A stretch of 64,000 nucleotides of DNA from an uncultured Phycisphaerales bacterium (GTDB taxonomy: Bacteria; Planctomycetota; Phycisphaerae; Tepidisphaerales; Tepidisphaeraceae). A program made the position numbers and the translations under genes. The notes beneath the pieces are model-generated. The model saw nothing but the letters and a program-made list of their open reading frames with translations. It had not been told where the DNA came from and did no database searches. The DNA lies in the NCBI GenBank assembly GCA_963755915.1, contig CAVWLP010000002.1:4832001-4896000 (forward strand). Reading direction: 5' to 3'. How positions within the stretch are numbered: the stretch's first letter is position 1; the number at the start of each line of letters is the position of its first letter. Shown piece by piece: positions 10,428 through 20,180 of this stretch.

Positions 10428-10518
10428 CGGAGAGGCCGGGATTCGAACCCGGGATACGAGTTTGACCCCGTATAACGGTTTAGCAAACCGTCGCCTTCAG
10501 CCACTCGGCCACCTCTCC
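10428..10518 (-). tRNA. tRNA-Ser(GCT)
   Basis: Acceptor stem GGAGAGG/CCTCTCC, anticodon arm ACGGT-TTGCTAA-ACCGT, long variable arm, GGTTCGAATCC. Confidence 0.97.
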
Positions 10519-10610
10519 GGATTATCTACGCGGATTATCGCCGAATTTCCCTCCGGATTGCAACCCGCGGCCTCCCATTGCCGATAAAATAGATTGGGAG
10601 CGCATGCAGG

Positions 10611-12456
10611 ATGACGACCGAATTAAAGCCCCATATTAGCCCCGGCGATTTGCTGCGCCGTCCGCTCCTCAAAATCCCCGAAGCGTTTCTGCCCAAATCC
10701 ATCGTCTGCTTTCGCGAAGGGTACGGCCGCGCGTTTTTCTTCAATGACATCGCCGCCGGGATTACCGTCGCGATCGTGGCTCTGCCGCTTTCGCTGGCGC
10801 TGGCCATCGGAAGCGGGGTTCGGCCGGAACAGGGACTTTTCACCGCGATTATCGCCGGGTTCCTCATTTCGCTGCTTGGCGGAAGCCGGGTTCAGATCGG
10901 CGGGCCGGCCGGCGCCTTCATGGCCATCGTGGCCGCGATCGTCGCCCGCGACGGCTATGAAGGACTCTGCATCGCCACGCTCATGGCCGGGGTCATTCTG
11001 ATCCTCATGGGACTTGCCAAGCTCGGCACACTGGTCAAATTCATCCCCTATCCCGTCACCACGGGCTTCACCACCGGAATCGCGGTCATCATCTTCACCT
11101 CCCAAGTTCGCGACCTCTCGGCCTGACCATCAACTATATCAATGCCAAAGGCGTTCTCGTCCACAATCCCCCATCAGCTTTCCTCTCCGGCTGGCAGGTG
11201 CTGCTGCAATCGATGCATACGATCAACATGGCTTGCCACGGCCATTGGCATCGGATCGCTTGTGGTGCTCGCCGGCTTGCGCCGATTCGTCCCGCGCATT
11301 CCTGGCGCCATTGTCGTTGTCGTTCTTGTCGCGGCAACGCTGGCAGCGTCACTGCATCTCGACGTCGACCCATCGCCCCACGGCGGCATCGAAACTCTCG
11401 GCACGCGCTTTGGCGGAATCCCCAGCATGCTTTCCCCGGCCTCATCTGCCCATCAAAATCTCAAGCTGGAATGACGTCCCGCGCGTCTGGAACACGATGG
11501 TTGAGCTGATTCCTGAAGCAACGACCCTGGCGGTTCTGTGCGCGGTTGAATCGCTGCTGTGCGCAGTGGTGGCCGATGGAATGATTGGCGGCCGTCATAA
11601 AAGCAACTGCGAACTGGTCGCCCAGGGAATCGCCAACATCGGCTCGATCATCTTCGGCGGCATCCCCGCAACCGGCGTGATCGCACGCACAGCCGCCAAC
11701 GTCAAAAGCGGCGGCCGCACGCCTCTCGCCGGGATGGTACATTCCGCCACCCTGCTGGTTCTCATGCTTCTGCTCGCGCCCGTACGCCAGCCAGATTCCT
11801 CTCGCCGCTCTGGCGGCGATTCTGATGATGGTCGCCTGGAACATGGCGGAATTCGGCCACTTCCGATCCATCTTCCGAGCCCCCGCGCCGATATGCTGGT
11901 GCTGCTGACAACCTTCGGCCTCACCGTGCTGACCGATCTCACCAAAGGAGTAGGCATCGGGAATGATTCTTCGCCTCCATGCTGTTCATGAAGCGGATGA
12001 GCGGAGGTCTCCAACGTCGGCGTCAGTCCGCGATGAGCTCGACGAGACCGGACTCCGGCTTCCCGGAACTGAAAGACCCCAACGCCATCGTTCTTCGCGA
12101 TGTGCCGCCCGGCGTGGAAGTTTACGAGATCAACGGCCCATTCTTTTTCGGCGTCGCCGATCGGCTCAAGGACACGCTTCGCGGCCTTGAGCGCCCGCCC
12201 AGGATTTTCATCCTGCGAATGCGGCACGTTCCCGCCATCGACGCCACCGGAATGCACGCGCTGGATGAATTCCATGATAAATGCCGCCGAAGGGGCAACG
12301 CGTCTTCTGCTTTCCGGCGTACACGCGCAGCCGATGTTTGCCATGACGCAGTACGGCCTGGTCGACCGCATCGGCGAGGAAAATATGTTCGGTAATATCG
12401 ACGAGGCCCTGGAAGGCGCCCGACGGATCGTTTCCGGCCCCCAAGCGCACAAATAG
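10611..12456 (+). CDS. SulP/SLC26 family anion or dicarboxylate transporter with STAS domain; several frameshifts
   Basis: [62 protein letters not shown], and STAS motif [15 protein letters not shown]. Confidence 0.93.
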
Positions 12457-12812
12457 CAAACAACTTCTTCCCCGCGCTCCCGGATCCTTTGTCGAATCTA
12501 TCCCCCCTGTCAGATTCTTTGCTTTCTCATCAATCGACAAAAAAAAATCCGCGATTTTCAAAAACAGGTACAAAACGTACACCCTTTGGACCTGTATATA
12601 GAGGCGTGATGTTTCCCCACACGAACGGTTCTTATGACGCAACCGTCTTCCATGTTCCCGGCCGACCAAATCCGCCGTGACCACCCGCGCCCCCCAGGAA
12701 AAATCCGTGGATTCGGGGCAAACGAGACATTCCGGGACATCGGGCTCATTCACGACCCTCCACCCAAAAAAAGCCCCCAAAAATTGGGGAAATTTGGGGA
12801 ATCCAATTCTCC

Positions 12813-12866
12813 CGTGTAGCCCGCGAGCTTGCTCGCCGTGAGCACCTCGAATGGCCCGCCGAGTCC
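12813..12866 (+). repeat. GTAG-type REP, copy 1
   Basis: CGTGTAGCCCGCGAGCTTGCTCGCCGTGAGC (31 bp) is identical to 25207-25237. Confidence 0.8.
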
Positions 12867-12978
12867 AAATTTGGGGAAAAATGGGGAATCACCCCTCCCG
12901 GACCTTTTCCACCCTTATCCCCATCGCCATTCCGTGTCCCGTTTGACCCCTCCATCACCCTTTCTTACCATCTCCCCC

Positions 12979-14230
12979 ATGCCCCCAAGACGTAAAACCC
13001 GCAAAGTTGTTATTGGTGACGAAGCCCACGGTTTCGTAGGCATCGGCGGCGACGCCCCCGTTGCCGTCCAAACCATGACCTCCGGCTACACTTGGGACAT
13101 CGACAAATGCGTCGCCGAGATCCACAAGCTCTCCGCCGGCGGCGCGGATATCGTCCGCGTCGCCGTCCCCGAGAAAAAGGACACCGCTGCGCTTAAGGAA
13201 ATCCTGCCACGCGTGGATGTCCCCATCGTCGCTGACGTCCACTTCCATTTTCAGCGCGCCCTGGAAGCCGTCGAAGCCGGCGTCCATAAGATCCGCCTCA
13301 ACCCCGGCAACATCAGCGACCGCAGCCAGGTCAAAGACGTCATCCAGGCCTGCAAGGCCCGCAAAATCCCCATCCGCGTCGGCGTCAACGAAGGCTCCAT
13401 CGTCGAGCGAAGAGACAAGCAAAAACGCATGAAGGAACTGGGCGGCGTCTTCTCCAACAACAAGAACGGCCACCTGCTCGCCATCATGATCGCCAAGCTC
13501 GAGGAATATCTGGAAATCTTCCAGGAAGAGGATTTCCACGACATCGTCATCAGCGCCAAAAGCATCGACCCCGAACTGGTCATCGATGCCTACAAAGAAA
13601 TCAGCCAGCGATTCGATTACCCCCTCCATCTTGGCGTCACCCACGCCGGGCCGAAGGAAACCGGCACAATCCGCTCCGTCGTTCCGCTCGGCCATCTCCT
13701 CTGCAGCGGCATCGGCGACACCATCCGCATCAGCTACGCCAACGACCCCATCTACGAAGTCGAAGACGGCCTCGAACTTCTCTACGTCCTTGGCCTGCGC
13801 ACTGCGCATCGGCGCCGAGCTCATCGCCTGCCCCACCTGCGGCCGAATCCAGGTCGATCTCTTCAAGCTCGTCCAGGACGTCCGCAAACAACTGGCCAAG
13901 GAAATCATCGCTGCCCATCAAGGTCGCAGTGATGGGCTGCGTCGTCAACGGCCCCGGCGAATGCGAAGGGGCGGACATCGCCATCTTCGCCGGCGACCGC
14001 AAGGGCATCATCTACGTGCAGGGCGAACGCGTCGCCAACGTCCCGGAAGATCAGATCCTCGAGCGGCTTGCTCATCGAATGCCGAAAATTCGAGGAAAAA
14101 GTAAAGCGCGGCGAAGACCAAGCTCGGCGAAAAGAAAGTCGACATTCTTCCGCCCGATCCGATCGGCGAATTGGGTAGCGGATGGGAAAAGGTGGAGAAG
14201 GACCGCCATGCGCTGCCGGTGGTGAAGTAA
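12979..14230 (+). CDS. ispG: (E)-4-hydroxy-3-methylbut-2-enyl-diphosphate synthase; frameshifts in 3' part
   Basis: IGGDAPVAVQTMT, GADIVRVAVP, PIVADVHF, KIRLNPGNI, YPLHLGVT, GIGDTIRIS, CPTCGR, MGCVVNGPGE. Confidence 0.95.
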
Positions 14231-14263
14231 GCCGGCCAGCGGCAACTAAAAGCGAGGACCGCC

Positions 14264-14536
14264 ATGAAGCTTCTGTCTCATCTCCTCATCCTGGCAGTAG
14301 GCGTCGGCCTGGGCATCTGGATCGGAGTGAGATTCCCCGCACAAAGCCAGCCGATCGCGAACTCCGAAGAGCAGCAGGCGGCCAAAATCCAGCAGGCCGT
14401 GGCGCAGGAAAAAATCGCCCTCCTGCAGAAATTCCTGGGCAACAGCAATTCCAATCAGGACACGACCGAATACAAGCAAATGCTGAGCGCCGAGCAGCAG
14501 AAGCTTCAGGCGGCACAGGCGAAGCTGGGACAGTAA
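14264..14536 (+). CDS. small hypothetical protein with N-terminal TM/signal and helical tail
   Basis: GAGGA RBS, hydrophobic N-terminus, Gln-rich helical C-terminus. Confidence 0.7.
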   Translation: MKLLSHLLILAVGVGLGIWIGVRFPAQSQPIANSEEQQAAKIQQAVAQEKIALLQKFLGNSNSNQDTTEYKQMLSAEQQKLQAAQAKLGQ

Positions 14537-14599
14537 CGGCTCGCGAACAGCGGCTTCTTCCAAGTCATGTTTAACGCTAGAATGGACGAGGATCGAAAT

Positions 14600-14824
14600 A
14601 TGAAAACTCGTCAACGGGCGAAAAAATCGAAATTGACAAAGAGGCCCCTCGGTACTCGATCGAAATCAAAGCGCCCACATTCCCGAAACGGCGAGCGCGA
14701 TCATACCAACGATGGAAGCACCCTGGGGCAGCGCCTCATGAAATTCGCCGGCGCCCTCAAGGGTTTGCCGTCCGATTTAGCCAGGAATCACGATCACTAT
14801 CTCTACGGAACGCCTCGTAAATGA
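14600..14824 (+). CDS. putative antitoxin
   Basis: Ends GLPSDLARNHDHYLYGTPRK, a tail typical of antitoxins upstream of PIN toxins. Its stop overlaps the toxin start. Confidence 0.75.
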   Translation: MKTRQRAKKSKLTKRPLGTRSKSKRPHSRNGERDHTNDGSTLGQRLMKFAGALKGLPSDLARNHDHYLYGTPRK

Positions 14825-15222
14825 GACGCGCTTTCGCCGACACGTCCTACTATCTGTCGCTGCTTAATTCATCTGATGATTCGCACCGGCAGGCAGTCGC
14901 GTTTACGGAATCATTCACGGGCCGAATCATCACAACGGATTGGATAATAATTGAATTGGCCAATACGTTATCTGGTCTTTCAAACCGCAAGACCCTAATC
15001 CAATTCGTAAACAAAATGCGTGCCGATCCCGGAATCAGAATCGTACCAGCAAGCATTCCGTTGTTTGAAAGGGGCTGGAGCCTGTATTAGCGACGCGCGG
15101 ACAAAGCCTGGTCACTCACGGATTGCATATCTTTCATCGTCATGCAAGAGGAAAAGCTTGCCGACGCTTTAACTCGGGACCACCATTTCGAGCAAGCTGG
15201 ATTCCGAATCCTCTTCAAATGA
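14821..15222 (+). pseudogene. vapC: PIN-domain VapC-like toxin interrupted by in-frame TAG at 15088-15090
   Basis: FADTSY and TTDWIIIE before the TAG. The same frame continues RRADKAWSLTDCISFIVMQ..ALTRDHHFEQAGF to TGA at 15222. Confidence 0.85.
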
Positions 15223-15238
15223 CCCGCGAGTTGTCTCG

Positions 15239-16036
15239 CTACCCCACCACGCTCTGCATCTGCCGGGTCTCCGCATTTCGCGAATCGATCCGCGATGCAG
15301 GATCGTTCACGAAAATCTTCGGCCTTCCAATCCCCCACTTCCATAGCCGATACTGCAAGCTTGTTTGCAAAACGCCAAACCCATACGTCACCGATCTGCG
15401 GAAATTGATCGAGCTCGCATCTTTGAAATATTTCGTGGGGCAGGAAATCTCGCCGATGCGGAAATTGAAGGCCACGAGCTGGGCAATCATCTGATTGTCG
15501 AAAACGAAATCATCCGAATTGGACAGCAGCGGCAGCTCATACAATACCCGCCGGGAGAACGCCCGATATCCGGTGTGGAACTCCGTTAATTTTGTCCCCA
15601 GGAACAAATTCTCGATGGCGCTCAGCGACCGGTTCGCCACATATTTCCATAGCGGCATCCCCCCTCTTCGCGCCGTCCCGATCCGCGAACCGAGGACGGC
15701 GTCGTAGATTCCCGATGCAACCATCGCTGCCATTGCCGTCACCAGGCGCGGGTCATACTGGTAATCCGGATGCACCATCACCACGATATCCGCGCCGGCG
15801 TGGAGGGCTTCGTGATAGCACGTTTTCTGATTGCCCCCATAGCCCAGGTTTTTGCGGTGCATAACCGTCTTGATGCCCAGGCCCCTGCCGATTTCAACCG
15901 TTTCATCCCCTCCGGCGTCATCGACTAGCAAAACGTCATCGACAACGTCCATCGGCAAGTCTTTGTAGGTCATCTCGAGCGTCTTGGCGGCTCGGTACGC
16001 GGGCAATACGACGATTACCTTTTTATTGTGCAGCAA
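15239..16036 (-). CDS. glycosyltransferase family 2
   Basis: [48 protein letters not shown] start inferred. Confidence 0.9.
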   Translation of the reverse strand: MLHNKKVIVVLPAYRAAKTLEMTYKDLPMDVVDDVLLVDDAGGDETVEIGRGLGIKTVMHRKNLGYGGNQKTCYHEALHAGADIVVMVHPDYQYDPRLVTAMAAMVASGIYDAVLGSRIGTARRGGMPLWKYVANRSLSAIENLFLGTKLTEFHTGYRAFSRRVLYELPLLSNSDDFVFDNQMIAQLVAFNFRIGEISCPTKYFKDASSINFRRSVTYGFGVLQTSLQYRLWKWGIGRPKIFVNDPASRIDSRNAETRQMQSVVG

Positions 16037-16202
16037 TGGAAAATCCCGGCGGCGATTAGTCCAACAATTGTATTTCGAGCCCATGGTCACATGCAATGTC
16101 CGGAATTCAATAATCTTTGAACAAATCCTCATATTTTCCGCACGACGACGCCGGGTACGGGTGCTACCATTCCCCCACACTCAACCCAAAAAGGAGACTC
16201 GC

Positions 16203-16583
16203 ATGAGCAGCACGATGGAAGTCGCAAAAACGCTTGTCGAACATTGCAAGAAGGGCAAATTCATGGATGCGATCAACGCTACCTACAGCCCCAAGATCGT
16301 CAGCGTTGAACCCATGGCCGGCCCCGATATGCCCGCGAAGATGGAAGGCATTGCCGCCATCAAGGGCAAAACCGAATGGTGGGAAAAGAATCACGAAGTT
16401 CACAGCGCCAAAGTGGAAGGCCCCTGGCCCCACGGCGACCGCTTCATCGTCCGCTTCATCCTCGACGTCACGCCCAAAGCGGGTCCCATGGCGGGCAAGC
16501 GAATGACCCTCGACGAGACCGGCTTATATACGGTCAAGGACGGGAAGATCGTCCACGAGGAATTCTTCTATCACATGGGGTGA
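16203..16583 (+). CDS. SnoaL-like / NTF2-family protein
   Basis: AGGAG RBS, YSPKIVSVE, C-terminal LYTVKDGKIVHEEFFY. Confidence 0.85.
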   Translation: MSSTMEVAKTLVEHCKKGKFMDAINATYSPKIVSVEPMAGPDMPAKMEGIAAIKGKTEWWEKNHEVHSAKVEGPWPHGDRFIVRFILDVTPKAGPMAGKRMTLDETGLYTVKDGKIVHEEFFYHMG

Positions 16584-16596
16584 GCCGCGCCGCTGC

Positions 16597-16655
16597 GCGG
16601 AAATTCGAAACCCGAAATTCGAAATTCGAATCAAATTCGAAATTCGAATTTCCGC
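16597..16655. repeat. GAAATTC heptamer tandem array with inverted ends
   Basis: gaaattc gaaaccc gaaattc gaaattc gaatc aaattc gaaattc gaatttc. The ends GCGGAAATTCGAA and TTCGAATTTCCGC are reverse complements. Confidence 0.85.
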
Positions 16656-16704
16656 CCAGGCGCTCCATTCGCCAGAACGCAAAAATTCCACTATCCTTAC
16701 GGCC

Positions 16705-17676
16705 GTGCCCATTCGAATTGGAATCACCGGCGTGAGCGGCTACGGTGGCGGGGAAGTACTCCGCCTCTGCGCTGCCCATCCCGCGTTCGAGGTCGCTTAC
16801 GTGGCCGGCGAAACGTCCGCGGGCCAGAAGCTCGTCGAGCGTTTCCCCGGAATCTCGCCAAAGCTCGCCGACCTTGTCATCCAAAAGTGGGATCCGGCAA
16901 CACTGCCCAATCTCGATCTGCTCATCGCCTCCCTCCCCAGCGGCCAATCCAAGGCGGCCCTCGCGGCGGTTCCGCGTGAGGTGAAGATCGTCGATATCGG
17001 CGGTGACCATCGCTATGCCGCCGGCTGGGTCTACGGCCTCGCCGACGTTTGGCCGGAGAAAAGCCGCTCTGCCACGCGCGTCGCCAACCCCGGCTGCTAT
17101 CCCTCTGCGGCGCTGCTGGCCATCGCGCCGATCGTCGCCGCGGGTCTCGGTGCCGTCGAATCCATCGTGATCGACGCCAAGAGCGGCGTCAGCGGCGCCG
17201 GCCGCGGCGGCAGCGATGCAAAATTCTCCTTCGCCGAACTGAATGAAGACGTCTGCGCCTACGGCCTGCTCAAGCACCCGCACCTGGCCGAGATGACCGC
17301 GACAATCAATCAGCTCAGCGGCAAGACCAGTGCAAAAATCGTCTTCACGCCCCACCTGATCCCCATGACACGCGGCATCCTCGCCACCTGTTATCTCACG
17401 GGCAACGCGACGACGGCCCAATGCCTGGAAGCCGCCCGAAAATTCTATGCGGGACGTCCGTTCATTCGTGTCGTCGATCAGCCGCCGCACACGAAGTGGG
17501 CGACGGGATCCAATCTCGCCCTGATTTCGTACGCCGCCGATGCGGGCACGATCATCGCCATGGGCGCGATCGACAACCTGGGCAAGGGCGCTGCCGGCCA
17601 GGCCATTCAAAACGCAAATCTCATGTGTGGACTCACCGAATCCGCAGGCCTCGAGGGTTCGCCCCTCTGGCCGTGA
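16705..17676 (+). CDS. argC: N-acetyl-gamma-glutamyl-phosphate reductase
   Basis: GVSGYGGGE, VANPGCY, DAKSGVSGAGR, FTPHLIPMTRGIL, IDNLGKGAAGQAIQNAN. Confidence 0.96.
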   Translation: MPIRIGITGVSGYGGGEVLRLCAAHPAFEVAYVAGETSAGQKLVERFPGISPKLADLVIQKWDPATLPNLDLLIASLPSGQSKAALAAVPREVKIVDIGGDHRYAAGWVYGLADVWPEKSRSATRVANPGCYPSAALLAIAPIVAAGLGAVESIVIDAKSGVSGAGRGGSDAKFSFAELNEDVCAYGLLKHPHLAEMTATINQLSGKTSAKIVFTPHLIPMTRGILATCYLTGNATTAQCLEAARKFYAGRPFIRVVDQPPHTKWATGSNLALISYAADAGTIIAMGAIDNLGKGAAGQAIQNANLMCGLTESAGLEGSPLWP

Positions 17677-17963
17677 ATTTCCGTGCCGGAAGGCATCAAA
17701 TACAAAAGGTTACAGCCCGCAACAAGCTGGGCGTACTGGGGAGGTGGGGAGGGCGGTTTTTGTAATATCGATGATATCATTGATATCAGTTAAGGTTTCG
17801 AGGATCCGGGAGCGGAAACGAGCGATGCGCCTACTTCGCTTGCGTGGCTTTCCGGGCTTGTTGCCACCAAACACTTGCAGGACTTATCGGACAACAATCA
17901 TAATCGCTCTAACCCGGGATCAAGCCAATTGTTTCATTGGTGGATGAATCGTTCGGCAGAACT

Positions 17964-19262
17964 ATGTCTTTGTTCTCTACAATATTTCGACGCCTCGTCG
18001 ATGATCCAAGTGTTCGCAGAATCGACTCGTACCTGCTTCACGAGGAAATAAAGCTTCCGGCTCCGCTCACCACGTCGTTGGGCGGCCGCGTTCGATGTGT
18101 CTATTGTGTTGTAGATATCGGTTACAAGATCGTAGACGCGCAGATTCGTGTGCACAGCATTAACTTATCCAAACAGGGTGCCGAGCTTGGGCATCTTTCG
18201 GTTAATTTGAGCGCGAGCCGAACAGGATTCGCGTGGTGCGCCGATGGCGCCGAGCGCAAATATCTCAACCACATTCTGCCGCGCATTGCTGGGGAAATAA
18301 TTTCGAGGGAGGAGCATTTGCGGCGCGTTATGTTCGCGAAAGCGGGGCATTTCACGCCAGCAACCGAAAAACAGAAAGCGTTTGCAACGAAATTGGGCGT
18401 ACAGTTTTACGATGACATAAGCAAGCGTCGATTGGGAGAAAAGATCGAAGCCTACCTTGAATGGAAGAAATCTTTTCGCTCATCCCCCCGGAGTCACATT
18501 TCGCAAGGTCGCGACGAATTTGGCCCGCCGAGTGATGGTTGTTATCCTACGGATGTGGGCGAACGGGTGGAAATTCCTTATGCCTCGCTTCCGTCGGGGG
18601 AGCCGCGTCCGAAAGCCAGCGGGCTAGGCACCGCCTCGCTCATACTGGGACTGATTTCGATGCTCGGGGCTTGGGTTCCGTGCTGCGGGGTCGGCGCTTG
18701 GCCCGTTGCTATCGTTGGCCTAATCCTCGGTTTCGTAGGACTGCTCGTCGTCATTTCTAACCATAGCTCAAGAGCACCGGTCGGGTTCCCAATTGCCGGA
18801 ATCATCGTATGTCTGATTTCGATTTGTCTGCCGTTCGTCCTTCCGCTGCTGATTGTCGGCACCGGGTCGTTGCTCGGGCCACACACGGCGGTGAGTCAAC
18901 CGGCCACCGTCGTAACCCCGGCGATTCAGCCATTCGCCGCACCGCTAATGCAATCCACTCCGCCGTCACTCCCCGCATCTGCTGCTGTCGCGGACGCGAA
19001 AACACGGCTTGAGACAGCAAAAGAAGCCTGCATAATGAAGCTGAAGAGAACAGACGCCTACATCGCGGCGGCCGCTGATGCACTGGTGAAACAAGATCGC
19101 CTGAAGATCGCGAAACAGCTAGGCGACTCGGAGGATATTGCCGAGTCCAGTCTGGCATTCATCAAGGCGAAGGAACTTGTGCAAAAAATGGAGGCGGACG
19201 CGTGTTCGCACGATCCTCAAGTCATCGCAGCACAAAAAGAGCTGGATAGTTTGAGTCGCTGA
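17964..19262 (+). CDS. multi-domain hypothetical membrane protein (PATEKQ motif, DUF4190-like TM hairpin, helical C-terminus)
   Basis: Long intact ORF. ASGLGTASLILGLIS..GLILGFVGL..PIAGII TM pattern, C-terminal coiled-coil-like region. Confidence 0.7.
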   Translation: MSLFSTIFRRLVDDPSVRRIDSYLLHEEIKLPAPLTTSLGGRVRCVYCVVDIGYKIVDAQIRVHSINLSKQGAELGHLSVNLSASRTGFAWCADGAERKYLNHILPRIAGEIISREEHLRRVMFAKAGHFTPATEKQKAFATKLGVQFYDDISKRRLGEKIEAYLEWKKSFRSSPRSHISQGRDEFGPPSDGCYPTDVGERVEIPYASLPSGEPRPKASGLGTASLILGLISMLGAWVPCCGVGAWPVAIVGLILGFVGLLVVISNHSSRAPVGFPIAGIIVCLISICLPFVLPLLIVGTGSLLGPHTAVSQPATVVTPAIQPFAAPLMQSTPPSLPASAAVADAKTRLETAKEACIMKLKRTDAYIAAAADALVKQDRLKIAKQLGDSEDIAESSLAFIKAKELVQKMEADACSHDPQVIAAQKELDSLSR

Positions 19263-19307
19263 TAGGACAAGTTTGGTAACGCATACTCATCCGAGCGGAG
19301 CAAACCC

Positions 19308-20120
19308 ATGCCGGAACCCAAATGGTTTTACGGTCGCGGTGGACAACAAACCGGCCCCTTGTCCGTCGCTGAAATGCGCGAGCTCGTCACTTGCGGCCAG
19401 ATCAGCGCCACCGACATGGTCTGGCGCGAAGGCATGCCGACGTGGATCCCGGCGAACCAGGCCGCCGACCTCATGCCGCAATCCGCCAGCGCGGCCCCCG
19501 CAACGGTGGGCTACTACACCTCCAGCCTGGGAATGCCGCGGTGCGCCGTCGAAAACCTTAAAGGCCACGCCCAGCCCGTCGGCGACACTTCCGACTGGCC
19601 CCTCGACGAACCGCACATGCAGCAGTTCGAGCAGGCAGTGAAGCTCCGCAAAAAAATCTCCGCTGCCGCCGGGCTCTATCGGGCACTTCTTCTCCTCAGC
19701 GGAATATCCCTCGGTATCTTCATTCCCCTGATGATTTTCAGCGTCGGGGTGTCGCACGGACCGCAATCGATGGCGACGGTCCCCCTGGCCATCTTCAGCG
19801 CGGCCATCGGTGGATTCACCGTCCTCTACTATTTCGCCAATCGCGCCACCCGCCGCTCCCAAGCCTGGGCGCCGCTCACCATGTTCATCATTTACGTGCT
19901 TACGATCTTAGTTCAAATACTGGGCGCCGTTGCGACGGCGTCCAAAGCCGGCGCACCCGGCAGCCCCTCGGACGCCGCGCCTCAACTCGTCGGCGGTGTG
20001 GTCGGCATCGCCTTCGAAATCGCCTTCGCGGTCGTCTCCTGGCGCGCCTTCACCGCCATCCGGCAATACCTCACTCAACCGGCGTGGTGCCAGGAGTTGA
20101 TCGTAAAGGCGGGACTTTGA
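19308..20120 (+). CDS. GYF_2 (DUF4339) domain membrane protein
   Basis: WFYGRGGQQTGPLS..G.I...DMVWREGM..W signature followed by about four TM helices. Confidence 0.85.
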   Translation: MPEPKWFYGRGGQQTGPLSVAEMRELVTCGQISATDMVWREGMPTWIPANQAADLMPQSASAAPATVGYYTSSLGMPRCAVENLKGHAQPVGDTSDWPLDEPHMQQFEQAVKLRKKISAAAGLYRALLLLSGISLGIFIPLMIFSVGVSHGPQSMATVPLAIFSAAIGGFTVLYYFANRATRRSQAWAPLTMFIIYVLTILVQILGAVATASKAGAPGSPSDAAPQLVGGVVGIAFEIAFAVVSWRAFTAIRQYLTQPAWCQELIVKAGL

Positions 20121-20180
20121 TTTTCGCTCTTTGAGATCCCCATCGCACTTACTGCTCTACAGATCTACTATTCCACTGAT

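Noticed and set aside
12480-12800. Short ORFs between sulP and ispG
   Set aside because: Low-complexity, AT-tract-rich sequence with no recognisable motifs or RBS.
16597-16655. CRISPR array
   Set aside because: 7-bp units without spacers and no cas genes. No repeat-spacer array was seen anywhere in the window.
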